Of a stretch of 64,000 bases of DNA, positions 51,460 to 64,000 are shown in pieces. The stretch comes from Mobula hypostoma (taxonomy: Eukaryota). The translations under genes were made by a program, and so were the position numbers. Below the pieces are notes generated by a model that did not search any database, had not been told where the DNA came from, and was given only the letters and a program-made list of their open reading frames with translations. Every line of letters begins with the position of its first letter. Position 1 is the first letter of the stretch. The stretch spans positions 86,802,001 to 86,866,000 of the forward strand of contig NC_086108.1 of NCBI RefSeq assembly GCF_963921235.1, in the 5' to 3' direction.

Positions 51460-52260
51460 GGAGGACGATGGCGCCTAACATGACTCCTTTGCTTATATCT
51501 TCAGAAACAGCTCTATTTCTATCTTTAATATCTCTGTTTTTCCCTTTCAGGGTTCTTTTAAAGACCCTGACCTGGAGTTACACACTGACTACGGTTCTTT
51601 CTGGGAATGGGACCCGCTCTTGGTGTTTCATAACCGGCCATTGTTGTTCGGCACAGCAAGGGCTCGGCCTAAGAGTCCGGCCTGAGTTTGGAAACCTAGG
51701 ATCTCGGGACTCTGGAGACAGGTAGATCGAGGGTCAGTGTCACGACAGGAGACCCGCGTTTCGTCTGGGGAGTCGGAATATCTACGGTCGTGTGCCCAGA
51801 GTTTTAGGTACAGAGCTCAAAAAAAGCAATGTGGCAGACTTTTAACATTGTAAACTAGTGAGTTGTTTGTTGTGTCTCCCTGATTGCTGGGAAAACAGAG
51901 ACACCACTTTCTCCCTTACTAGGAAGAGAGAGAAGCTGTGATTTGTCGAATACCGGGTGAAACGCGAAGTCTTTGGGATAACTGCAAGTCTGTGTCTTTG
52001 CTGTTGCTTTGCTCACACTTCAGTGCTCGGTGGCTCGGTGGGGGGTGCCGATGCTTTTTTTTTGCCAGTGGGGGGAGGGGGGATTGTTGCTTGCTGCCGC
52101 TTACCTGCGGGAGGGGGAACTTTGGGGTTCTAACATTTGACTGTCGTTCATTCTTTGGGGCACTCCTCTGTTTTCGTGGATGGTTATGAAGAAAAAGCAT
52201 CTCAGGATGTATATTGTATACATTTCTCTGACATTAAATTGTACCTTTGAAACCTTTGAA
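51460..52260 (+). mobile_element. Probable non-autonomous LINE-derived element
   Basis: Starts gatggcgcc like the Rex 5' end. No coding motifs. Ends attaaattgtacctttgaaacctttgaa. Confidence 0.45.
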
Positions 52261-52779
52261 GGTTAAACCCTGGCCTGGAGATACGCGCTGACTTCAGTTC
52301 TTTGGGGAAACTCACAATTGGCCACTTTTCAACATGCCAAGGATGCAGCCTGGAAGACTAGCGCGCTTTCAGGGTGGCGGATTTTCGTGGCTTTGGAGGC
52401 GGGCGGATCCAAACCCCATGGAACATCAACCCCGCTAATGCGCAAAAAAGAACACAAATTGTGCAAATGGCAATAAAGTAAGTGAAAAACACAGAATATC
52501 AAACCACGAAATTGAAAGAGTCCAGGCATATTCAGTTCAGCTCAGTTCTGATTCAATTTAGCACTATGTCGTTCCTTATCTGCCCGCTGCCCCAATCAAA
52601 ATCGCCCAAAATAGCAACAAAAAAAAAGGAGTGGCCAGAAACCAGAAACGCATCATAACATGAGCCACAGAGGCAAACCACAAACCGTATCAAATAAACC
52701 TTGCCGGAGAATGAAGCAGGCACCATCCTCTGACAGGTATGCTGTATCTGGGGAATCATGATTCATAAAATTTAGGAAA

Positions 52780-54410
52780 CAGAACATAGAAAATAGAACA
52801 TAGATTAGTACAGCACAGTACAGGCCCTTCAGCCCACAATGTTGTGCTGACCCTCAAACCCTGCCTCCCGTATAACCCCCCACCTTAAATTCCTCCATAT
52901 ACCTGTCTAGTAATCTCTTAAATTTCACTAGTATATCTGCCTCCACCACTGACTCAGGCAGTGCATTCCACGCACCAAACACTCTCTGAGTAAAAATCCT
53001 TCCTCTAATATCCCCCTTGAACTTCCCACCCCTTACCTTAAAGCCATGTCCTTGTGCATTGAGCAGTGGTGCCCTGGGGAAGAGGCTTTTGCTATCCACT
53101 CTATCTATTCCTCTTAGTATCTTGTATACCTCTATCATGTCTCCTCTCATCCTCCTTCTCTCCAAAGAGTAAAACCCTAGCTCCTTTAATCTCTGATCAT
53201 AATGCACACTCTCTAAACCAGGCAGCATCCTGGTAAATCTCCTCTGTACCCTTTCCAATGCTTCCACATCCTTCCTATAGTGAGACGACCAGAATTGGAC
53301 ACAGTACTCCAAGTGTGGCCTAACCAGAGTTTTATAGAGCTGCATCATTACCTCATGACTCTTAAACTCTATCCCTCGACTTATGAAAGCTAACATCCCA
53401 TAAGCTTTCTTAACTACCCTATCTACCTGTGAGGAAACTTTCAGGGATCTGTAGACATGTAGCTCCAGATCCTTCTGCTCCTCCACACTACCAAGTATCC
53501 TGCCATTTACTTTGTACTCTGCTTTGAATTTTGTCCTTCCAAAGTGTACCACCTCACACTTCTCCGGGTTGAACTCCATCTGCCACTTCTCAGCCCACTT
53601 CTGCATCCTATCATTGTCTCTCTGCAATCTTTGACAATCCTGTACACGATATACAACACCACCAACCTTTGTGTCGTCTGCAAACTTGCCAACCCACCCT
53701 TCTACCCCCACATCCTGGTCATTAATAAAAATCACGAAAGGTAGAGGTCCCAGAACCGATCCTTGTGGGACACCACTAGTCACAACCCTTCAATCCGAAT
53801 GTACTCCCTCCACCATGACCCTCTGCCTTCAGCAGGCAAGCCAATTCTGAATCCACCTGGGCTAACTTCCCATGCCTTCTGACTTTCTGAATAAGCCTAC
53901 CGTGTGGAACCTTGTCAAATGCCTTACTAAAATCCATTAAGATCACATCCACTGCACTACCCTCATCTATATGCCTGGTCACCTCCTCAAAGAACTCTAT
54001 CAGGCTTGTTAGACATGATCTGCTCTTCACAAAGCCATTCTGACTGTCCCTGATCAGACCATGATTCTCTAAATGCCCATAGATCCTATCTCTAAGAATC
54101 TTTTCCCACTACGACATAAGGCTCATTGGTCTATAATTACCTGGACTATCCCTACTACCTTTTTTGAACAATGGGACAACATTTGCCTCCCTCCAATCCT
54201 CCGATACCATTCCCGTGGACAACGAGGATATAAAGATCCTAGCCAGAGGCTCAGCAATCTCTTCCCTCGCCTCGTGGAGCAGTCTGGGGAATATTCCATC
54301 AGGCCCCGGGGACTTATCCTCCTAATGTATTTTAACAACTCCAACACCTCCTCTCCCTTAATATCAACATGCTCCAGAACATCAACTTCACTCATATTGT
54401 CCTCACTGTT
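52780..54410 (-). mobile_element. CR1 LINE RT and 3' end (309-aa open C-terminal part at 52854..53783)
   Basis: SGVPQGSVLGP, FADD, LVRPHLEYC, MDFSKAFDKVPH. Frameshifted upstream. Confidence 0.92.
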
Positions 54411-54628
54411 ATCAACAGGATGATAACATTGGGAAATGAGGTTTGATTCAGCAGTCATTACACATCCAAATTCAGGTTTATTCCTCAATTTATATTTCAT
54501 CATCGCTCCATGTTTTCAAGCCTTGCTTTAAACTTGTTAAAACATACTGCTTTGACAAGGCATTTAGTCACCTGCCCTAATTTCTCCTTATGCAACTTGA
54601 TGAGACATTTCGTTTGATTGTACTCTAG

Positions 54629-54746
54629 GGAAGTGCGTTACGATGTTGTTCTTTATTAACAACAGTGAAGACGTACAGATTGTTGGTGTCAGTGGGCCAC
54701 TCACTTGCTGCAGTGGAAGTTGCGCAGATGAAGAATGCCGGTTCAG
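54629..54746 (+). CDS. Candidate internal exon of a phospholipid-scramblase-like host gene (phase 1 to phase 2)
   Basis: ttgattgtactctag|GG...TTCAG|gtaaca. Translates xKCVTMLFFINNSEDVQIVGVSGPLTCCSGSCADEECRF, resembling the scramblase F.I.N....V..I.GP..C..C..D..F segment. Lies in a TE-free island. Confidence 0.5.
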
Positions 54747-55876
54747 GTAACAAGCAGCAGGCAAAATGAAACACCTGTTATAATGCATAACATTCAGCAT
54801 GTTAAGCCATTGCTAGAACATTAACTCTTCAAACAGATGTAGTATCCCGATTTTAACATCTGGAATCCTTCAGTGTTGATCTCACAGCCTGTTAATGCAG
54901 AGATTCCACAAGTGAATTCAAAGTACGGTGTGTGTGGATTGTGTCAATTACTTTACATCAACGATCATTATTATTAAGGGACCAGCGAGGCTAATGAAGC
55001 CTATTGTGGCTGTGGAGACTGAAGCCAGAGAGGTAACAGATCTTTATTCAGAACATGTAAACACACAGGGAGACCAGGTGGCAGAATCTCCAAAATGTCA
55101 TTATAGTTTGAATTTTCAGACATTGTAGGTACAAAAATCATGACAAGTGATGAAACACAATTTCAATAGTTATAATATGTAATTTAGCTCAATATTTTGA
55201 GTATCGCCAAAAGTTGCCATTGGATTATGCTTTACAATGGGAGCATATTTTAAGTAACAAGTACAACAAACACCTTTGGTGGGACAAGATAGCTCACATC
55301 AATATTCTGAGAAGTTTTAAGGACAAATTCCAGGCATTCAAAACATCCTTCTTTTATACAGTACTCTGAAGATTGTTTTCTGGATTTACAAACACCCTAA
55401 ATTTTGATTGACAGAACAAATAGACCTACAAATATTGTTGATGTACCAAGCTGCGAAATGGTCGGTCTGGAAGCCATACTGGTGTCAAACTGGGGTTGGA
55501 GAAACAGGTTTATGTCACAATGGTGCAAAAATATCTTAGAATTTCATGATGTCTATTGTCTGGTTCAAATGCAAAACCCTTTATCAATTGTTTCTTAGCA
55601 ATGGATATCATGCATTACTCTCAGTATTGTCATGGCTGAGGTTTCAATGTGGACCAATTAATATAACTCTGCTGTCAATACATAGTCATTTGCATTTCTT
55701 ATCGCACTTGCTTGTTCCCAACATTTACCTGATATCATTATGCTTATATCTTTTAAAAGATCAAGTATTATCTTGTTTCTAGAGCGTATCTCTTAAGTAG
55801 TCTCCCATCACAAATCTGTTGCCTGCTCCATACGTAGACAGCAGTGTTTGTTTGTGTAACTATTCCTGTAATTTTC

Positions 55877-56985
55877 ATGAGACCATAAGATATAGGAGCA
55901 GAATTAGGCCATTTGGCCCATGGAGTCTGTTCCACCATTTCATCATGGCTGATTCAATTTTTGTTCTCAGCCCCAATCTTCTGCCTTCTCCCCATACCTG
56001 CATGCCCTGACCAATCAATCTTTTGCCAGTTCTCCTAATCTGCCTAAATTCTTCTGTAGCCTCTCTACTTCTTCAAAAGTGTTTGCTGCTCAACCGATCT
56101 TCGTAACATCTGCAAACTTTGCAACAAAGTCATCAATTGCAACATCCAAATGATTGACATATAATGCAAAATGAGTCAGTCCCAACACAGACCCCTGTGG
56201 AACACAACTAGTCACCAGCAGCCAGTCAGAAAAGGCTCCCTTTATTCCCACTCTATGCCTCCTGCCAATCAGCCACTGCTTTATCTATGCTAGAATCTTT
56301 CTGGTAAAACCATGGGCTCGTAGCTTGTTAAGCAGCCTCGTGTGTGGCACCACGTCAAAGGCCTTCTGAAAATCCAAGTACACAACATCAACTGATGTTC
56401 CCTATCTTGCTTGTTCTTCAAAAATTTCCGACAGATTTGTCAGGCAAGATTTTCCCTTAGGAGAACCATGCTGACTGCAGCCTGTTTTATCCTGTGCATC
56501 CAAGTACCCTGAGACCTCATCCTTGATATCTCTCAACCGCTGAGGTCAGACTAACTGGTCTATAGTTTCCTTTCTTCTGCCTCCCTCCCTTCTTGAAGAG
56601 TGGAATGACATTTGCAGCCTTCTAGTCTGCAGGAAACATTCCAGAACCTAGTGATTCTTGAAAGTTCATTACTAATGCCTTCACAATCTCTTCCACCACC
56701 TCTTTCAAAACTCTAGGTGTACTCCATTTGGTCCGGGTGACATTTCTACCTTCAGACCTTACAGTTTCCCAAGAACTTTCTCTCTGGTTCTGGTAACTTC
56801 ATACAATTCATGACCTCTGACCCCTGGAACTCCCTGAATTCCCTATGTAGAACCTCATTACTTATCCAACGCATGTCATTGGTACCTACATGGACCATGA
56901 CTTCTGGCTATCCGTTATCCCACTTAAGAATGCTGAGGACTCGTTCCATGCTGGCACCCAGGGGGCAACATACCATCCAGGAAGA
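55877..56985 (-). mobile_element. CR1 LINE, degenerate with internal deletions (tail, RT, ORF1 remnant)
   Basis: Tail at 55880. Antisense of YLDFQKAFD at about 56355-56385. ORF1 VHVGTND remnant at about 56875-56900. Confidence 0.8.
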
Positions 56986-56989
56986 AATT

Positions 56990-58183
56990 GGGATAGAAGA
57001 CATTGGGCAAGCTGCACAAACACTTCTATTGGACTGGGTGCAGGCAGGATATGGAGCTGTTCATGAACTGCTCCGACACTATCACATACCAAAAGAGGCT
57101 GGGCCGCCAGCCTAGGATGTCAATGCAGCACTACCTGGTGAGGGCCCCATTGGAGTGTCTAGGAGTGGACGTCCTGTGCTCCTTCCCCCACACTGACGCC
57201 AGGAACCGCTGTGTTCTTGTCCATGAATTACTTCACAGAGTGGCCAGAGGTGTACATAGTCCCAGACAGGAGCATCACCTCCACCTCTGAGAGACATGTG
57301 GAGGAGTGCTTCTGCCATTTCAACACACCTGAGGGACTCCACAGTAACCTGTCTGTAACTTTGAGGCACAGGTCTTTGGTGAGGTCTGCGGGCAAATGGG
57401 AATCACAAATGGACCACCCCCTTCACCCACAAAGTGATGGTCTGGTTGAGGGCTTTAACTGCAATCTGGCTATGCAGCTTGCCATCCTTGATAGCCAGCA
57501 CCAGGATGGCTGGGATCACCACCTATCCTTAGTATTGTGGGCATTCCGGACAGCAGTTCAGGAGAGCACCAGGTGTACGCCAGCCACGCCTATGTTCTGG
57601 CAGGAGCTGCGCATGCCACTGGATCTCGTGTGTGGACCTCCTTCCGAGCCAGAGGTTTCTGGGGAGGCTGGGTAGGAGTACCTGCAGCAGCTCAGGGAAT
57701 GCCTGTGGGCTGTTCACAATGCAGTCCGGCAGAATCAAAGCATAGCGAGTAGCTTCCAAAAATGGGTTTATAATTCCCACAGCTGGGGACAGGACTTCAT
57801 TGGGGGGGACTGAGAATGAGTCTTCTGCCCCTCCTGGAAGAAGGGACTATCCCCCAAGTGAGGAAGCCGCTGGAAGGGGCCGGGAGAGGTGCTCGCCTGC
57901 ATCTTCGATGTGGTATATCAGATGCAGTTGCCTGAGCGGCAGAAGACAGTCGTGCCGCACTGGGATTGGCTGGCACCGTACCTGCCCTTGGCTACCACTG
58001 ACCAGCGAGGCTGCAGGAAGGAAGTGACACTCCGAGTGCCCTGCCTCTTGCCTCACCAAACAGTTCCTCCAGACACTCCCACTCCCTAGCAGCCAGGTAG
58101 CAGAATCAATCACCACCGGACTTTTGGACTTTGTTGTGGATTCAGGGGTTGCTGGAGATCACTGACCCCTCAGGTGGGGGCAG
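56990..58183 (+). mobile_element. Gypsy/Ty3 LTR retrotransposon integrase remnant
   Basis: KLHKHFYW...C, PLECLGVDV, YFTEWPE, HPQSDGLVEGFN, W..HLSLVLWAFRTAVQEST. Purine tract aggtgggggcag before the LTR. Confidence 0.85.
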
Positions 58184-58526
58184 TATGGTGCCCCCGGGGA
58201 GAGGTGGGGGATGGGTGGGGTGGTGAACAGCTCGCCCCAGCATTCCTAGCAACCAGTGCTACTTATTGTTCTTGTTTTAAAATGCATTCACAGAATTAAG
58301 GTGAAATATTCAAGTATGTTTATTGTTACATTTTAACCCGTGTTATACAGTTGTTTTGCTTGTGTGTTTGTGAGTCACACTGACTGTAACCAGGGTGAGT
58401 AATAATCACCTCCACGTCTGTATGTGACTGAGTGCATTCTCACAGAGCAATGGCGCTCTGTCTGTTGTTGTGCTTGAGATGAACGAGCTCTTCTCGTCTG
58501 TCATCATGGACCGACTGTTCACCACA
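58184..58526 (+). mobile_element. Putative 3' LTR of the Gypsy element
   Basis: Follows the PPT. Termini tatggtg...caccaca form an imperfect TG...CA inverted repeat. Confidence 0.6.
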
Positions 58527-58549
58527 GTATGTTGTTCTGCTTCTAGAGA

Positions 58550-59025
58550 TATCCCAGCTGGCTGCACCAGCACCCAATACAGAAACGCCAATGCCCGAGA
58601 ATGAAAAAGCCTACAAAAGTAGTGGATGGAGCCCAGACCATCACAGACAATGTCTTCCCAACCGTTGAGCACTTCTACAAGGAGAGCTGCCACGATCAAG
58701 CATCCATCATCCAGGATCCCCACCACCCTTCACTCTCGTCTTGCTGCTGCATTCAGAAAGGAGGTACAGGAAAGTTGCATCACACATCACCAGGTTCAGG
58801 AACAGCCACCCTTCAACCATCAAGCTTCTGGACTCGTGTGGATAACTTCACTGACCTCAACATTGAACTGATTCCACAAACTATGGTCGAACTTTCAAGG
58901 ACGCTACAACTCATTTTCATAGTTATTTATTTATTTGCGCAAAAGTTTTTCTTCATTTTCACAAAGGTGGTTCATCACACTTAGTTCGGGTATAGTTTTC
59001 ATTGATTCTATTGCAGTTCCTTGTT
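58550..59025 (+). mobile_element. Rex/Babar 3' remnant
   Basis: KVVDGAQTIT...ASIIQDPHHP. Confidence 0.65.
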
Positions 59026-59026
59026 A

Positions 59027-61722
59027 GACCATATGACCATAAGACATAGAGGCAGAATTAGGCCATTCAACCCTTCGAGTCCACTCCATCATTTCACCAT
59101 GGCTTACCCCAATCCCACTCAACCCCACACACTTGCCTTCTCGCCATAACCTTTGATGTCCTGACCAATCAGGAAGCTATCAATTTTCACTTTAAATATA
59201 CTCACGGTCTTGGCCGCCACAGTTGTCTGTGGCAGAGCATTCCACAGATTTACTACTCTCTGCCTAAAAAAAATTCCTCTTTAACTCTGTTCTAAAGGGT
59301 TGCCCCTCAATTTTGAGGCCGTGCCCTCTAATTCCGGACACCCCCACTATAGGAAACATCCTCTCCACACCCACTTCATCTAGTCCTTTCAGCATTCAGT
59401 AGGTTTCAATGAGATCCCCCCCGCATTCTTCTAAGTTCCAGTGAGTACAAGCCCAAAGCTGCCAAAAGCATTTAAAGGTTGCATGAATGAACTACAACAA
59501 TTGTTCATCCCAGTTTGGTAAAAGAATAAATCAAGGAAGGTAGTGCACCCGTGGCTGACAAGAGAAATTAGGGATAGTATCAATTCCAAAGAAGAAGCAT
59601 ACAAATTAGCCAGAAAAAGTGGCTCACCTGAGGACTGGGAGAAATTCAGAGTTCAGCAGAGGAGGACAAAGGGCTTAATTAGGAAGGGGAAAAAAAGATT
59701 ATGAGAGAAAACTGGCAGGGAACATAAAAACGGACTGTAAAAGCTTTTATAGATATGTGAAAAGGAAAAGGCTGGTAAAGACAAATGTAGGTCCCCTACA
59801 GACAGAGCAGGTGAATTGATTATGGGGAGCAAGGACATGGCAGACCAATTGAATAATTACTTTGGTTCTGTCTTCACTAAGGAGGACATAAATAATCTTC
59901 CAGAAATAGTAGGGGACAGGGGGTCCAGTGAGATGGAGGAACTGAGCGAAATACATGTTAGTAGGGAAGTGGTGTTCGGTAAATTGAAGGGATTGAAAGC
60001 AGATAAATCCCCAGGGCCAGATGGTCTGCATCCCAGAGTGCTTAAGGAAGTAGCCCAAGAAATAGTGGATGCATTAGTGATAATTTTTCAAAACTCGTTA
60101 GATTCTGGACTAGTTCCTGAGGATTGGAGGATGGCTAATGTAACCCACTTTTTAAAAAAGGAGGGAGAGAGCAACCGGGGAATTATAGACCGGTTAGCCT
60201 AACGTCAGTGGTGGGGAAACTGCTGGAGTCAGTTATCAAAGATGTGATAACAGCACATTTGGAAAGCGGTGAAATCATTGGACAAAGTCAGCATGGATTT
60301 GTGAAAGGAAAATCATGTCTGACGAATCTCATAGAATTTTTTGAGGATGTAACTAGTAGAGTGGATAGGGGAGAACCAGTGGATGTGGTATATTTGGATT
60401 TTCAAAAGGCTTTTGACAAAGTCCCACACAGGAGATTAGTATGCAAACTTAAAGCATACGGTATTGGGGGTAAGGTATTGATGTGGATAGAGAATTGGTT
60501 AGCTGACAGGAAGCAAAGAGTGGGAATAAACGGGACCTTTTCAGAATGGCAGGCGGTGACTAGTGGGGTACCGCAAGGCTCAGTGCTGGGACCCCAGTTG
60601 TTTACAATATATATTAATGACTTGGATGAGGGAATTAAATGCAGCATCTCCAAGTTTGTGGATGACACGAAGCTGGGTGGCAGTGTTAGCTGTGACAAGG
60701 ATGCTAAGAGGATGCAGAGTGACTTGGATAGGTTGGGTGAGTGGGCAAATTTATGGCAGATGCAATTTAATGTGGATAAGTGTGAAGTTATCCACTTTGG
60801 TGGCAAAAATAGGAAAACAGATTATTATCTGAATGGTGGCCGATTAGGAAAAGGGGAGGTGCAACGAGACCTGGGTGTCATTATGCACCAGTCATTGAAA
60901 GTGGGCATGCAGGTACAGCAGGTGGTGAAAAAGGCGAATGGTATGCTGGCATTTATAGCAAGAGGATTCGAGTACAGGAGCAGGGAGGTACTACTGCAGT
61001 TGTACAAGGCCTTGGTGAGACCACACCTGGAGTATTGTGTGCAGTTTTGGTCCCCTAATCTGAGGAAAGACATCCTTGCCATAGAAGGAGTACAAAGAAG
61101 GTTCACCAGATTGATTCCTGGGATGTCAGGACTTTCATATGAAGAAAGACTGGATGAACTGGGCTTGTACTTGTTGGAATTTAGAAGATTGAGGGGGGAT
61201 CTGATTGAAACGTATAAAATCCTAAAGGGATTGGACAGGCTAGATGCAGGAAGATTGTTCCCGATGTTGGGGAAGTCCAGAACGAGGGGTCACAGTTTGA
61301 GGACAAAGGGGAAGCCTTTTAGGACCGAGATTAGGAAAAACTTCTTCACACAGAGAGTGGTGAATCTGTGGAATTCTCTGCCACAGGAAACAGTTGAGGC
61401 CAGTTCATTGGCTATATTTAAGAGGGAGTTAGATATGGCCCTTGTGGCTACGGGGATCGGGGGTATGGAGGGAAGGCTGGGGCAGGGTTCTGAGTTGGAT
61501 GATCAGCCATGATCATAATAAATGGCGGTGCAGGCTCGAAGGGCCGAATGGCCTACTCCTGCACCTATTTTCTATGTTTCGATGATTCTATATGTTAACC
61601 CCTTCAGTCCTGGAATCATCCTCGTGAACCTTCTCTGGACTGTCTCCAATGAGAACACATCCCTTCTGATATATGGGGCCCTAAGCTGTTGACAATGCTC
61701 CAAGTGTGGCCTGACTAGTGAT
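59027..61722 (-). mobile_element. CR1 3' fragment (59027-59465 and 61592-61722) hosting a younger CR1
   Basis: Tail gaccatatgaccataagacatag. Continuation LVRPHLEHC on minus strand after 61592. Confidence 0.75.
59466..61591 (+). mobile_element. Young 5'-truncated CR1 LINE, same subfamily as 21634-25271
   Basis: Near-identical to 23145-25271. 434-aa RT ORF 60208..61512. A few single-base frameshifts. Confidence 0.95.
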
Positions 61723-62159
61723 TGTTCTACTCTGAATGCCTGCAAGAAATGAATTTCAAGCAAGTATATTTATTTTGAATTTTGAACTTTGGACTGCTTT
61801 GTGTACAAAGTAATCTGGCATAAGGTAACTTTACATTAGTTATTATTAATGTGAAGGGACCATTAAGGCCACTGAATCCCCTAAAAATATTAAGCAATGG
61901 GATGAAATAAAACAAGTTTTTGTTGTTAGCATACATATCAACCATGAGTGTAGTGAGTTCTGTAGCAAATGTGACAGGCTAAATGATTTATTCTTGTGCT
62001 TGGTCCCAAGTGAATCCACAAAGTGTCAATGGGAACAACTGCACTCCAAGTGGATTTAAAGTTGTATGCAGAGTCAAGTTGGTGCCTACTGTTGAAAATT
62101 CCTAAGGCAATGGATTTAAGGTGAGCATCAGTTCAGATGATGATTTCATGCACTGTTTT

Positions 62160-63120
62160 GCACAAATAAAATCTCCACCTTGCTGACAATCAACACCAGC
62201 ACACCTCAAGGATGTGTGCTTAGCCCATTGCTCTGTTCTACTCTACACCCATGCACAGCTCAAATGCTATCTATAAATTTTCTGATGATACAGCTACTGT
62301 TGCCAGAATTTCAGATGGAGACAAGATGGTGTACTGGAGTAACATATATCAGCTAGTTGAGTGGTGTCGTAGTAACCACTCAGCAAGACCAAAGAACTAA
62401 TTGTGGACTTCAGAAAGGGTAAGACAAAAGAACACACACCAGTCCTCATAGAGGGATCAGAAGTGGAAAAAATGAACCACTTCAAGTTCAGGAGTATCAA
62501 CATCTCTGAGGATCTATCCTGAGACCAATAAATCAATGCAGCTATAAAGAAGGCATGAGAGTGTTTATATTGCATCAGGAGTTTGAGGAAATTTAGTATG
62601 TCACCAAAGACAATGACAAATTTCTACAGATGGACCATGGAGAACAATCTAACTAGCTGCATCACTGTCTGGTATGGGGATGAGGTTGCTACTATACAGG
62701 CTTGAAATAAGCTGCAGAGAGTTGTAAACTTAGTCAGCCTCCAAAGTATCTAGGAAATCTCCAAGAAGTGGTGCCTCAAAAAGGTGGCATCCATCACTAA
62801 GGACCTCCATCACCCAGGTCAGGCCTTGTTTTCACTGTTACCATCAGGAAGGAGGTACAGAAACCTGAAAGCACACACTCAACAATTCAGAAACCGCTTC
62901 TTCCCCTCTGCAATTTGATTTCTGAATGGACATTGAACCCATGAACACTACCTCACTCCTTTTTTATTTTTACTTATGCACTGCTTACTTAATTTAACTA
63001 TTTAATATATACTTATTGTAATCCACATTTTTTTCTATTATTATGTATTGCAGTGTACTGCTGCCACAAAGACAACAACTTCACAACATATGCCCTTGAT
63101 ATTAATGCTGATTCTAATTC
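62160..63120 (+). mobile_element. Rex/Babar LINE RT and 3' end, degenerate
   Basis: PQGCVLSPLL, KFSDDT, SKTKELIVDFRK. (ATTCT)n-like tail. Confidence 0.8.
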
Positions 63121-63632
63121 TGGCAATGTAGGTCTACAAAGACATATCAAGACCCAGAGTTTTTGAAACACATTCTTTCATCAACTTTTCCAGGGTTTAC
63201 TAAGTAACTCCTGTAGTTATCAAAATTATGTTTTTAGTCAAGGTACATGCTGTCTGAATGAGTGAAAGAAAGTTATTGGGACATAGGAATCAGACTATTA
63301 ATCTGTATAGCAGGTCACAAGTTAAACAAAGGTGAAACATTTGAGACTGTTACATTCATTTCCCATACAATCAAACATTTCAGATCCAAGGGTTATCATC
63401 TCCCTGTTTTCCTCATACCAATGCAAGACCTCTGAACTGCAAGAATACTAGCAGCAAATTCTGTAATTATAGTGACAATGAACTGAAAAGATTGGGGGGG
63501 CCCTGTATTTGATACTAAGTTACATGGGTATCACATGTTCAGGAACATTTATTACCTTGCAACCATCAGGCTCCTGAACCAGTGTTGACAAATTCGCTCA
63601 CCTCAACTGATTCCTCACTTTCAAGGACTCTA

Positions 63633-64000
63633 GAGTCATAGAGTCATAGAAAAGTACAGCGCAGAAATAGGCCTTTTGACCCATTTAGTCTGAGTCAAAC
63701 CATTTAACCTACCTGGTCTTATCAACATGTACCTGGAGCATACTCCCCTATGTACCCATCCAAACTTCTCTTAAACATTGAAATTGAGTTCGCATGCATC
63801 ACTTGCGCTGGCAGCTCATTCCACAATCTCACAACCCTCTGAGTGATAAAGTTTCCCCTCATGGTCCCCATAAACTTCTCTCCTTTCACCCTTACCCCAT
63901 GACCTCTGGTTGTTGTCCCACCCAACCTCAGTGGAAAAATCCTGCTTGCATTTATTGTATCTATACCCCTCGCCATTTTGTATACCTCTATCAATTCTCA
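63633..64000 (-). mobile_element. CR1 3' end (runs off the window)
   Basis: ORF 63722..63994 IEVYKMARGID...FITQRVVRLWNELP and tail tagagtcatagagtcatag. Confidence 0.8.

Overview
Eukaryotic, repeat-saturated vertebrate DNA. The repeat repertoire (CR1, Rex1/Babar-type LINEs, V-SINEs, Penelope-like elements, Tc1) suggests a cartilaginous fish, probably a ray; this is inference. Most of the window is nested, mostly decayed transposable elements: many CR1 LINEs (two young near-identical copies at 21634-25271 and 59466-61591), Rex/Babar LINEs, Tc1 DNA transposons, a Gypsy integrase plus 3' LTR, and SINEs. No complete host gene is visible. One 118-bp AG/GT-bounded candidate exon (54629-54746, +) translates to a phospholipid-scramblase-like peptide, so the window is probably largely intronic. 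Main highlights: (1) about ten Penelope-type terminal repeats carry a minimal hammerhead-ribozyme motif, intact at 21310-21345 and 37402-37437; (2) tiny TSD-flanked fold-back insertions have hairpin apices at or next to the ribozyme; (3) a T_TTA_AAC -1 frameshift heptamer lies at the CR1 ORF1/ORF2 junction, where ORF2 has no usable ATG; (4) a four-level nested insertion (V-SINE > Tc1 > Rex > Rex). Family names come from recalled motifs, not database searches, and boundaries of old elements are approximate.
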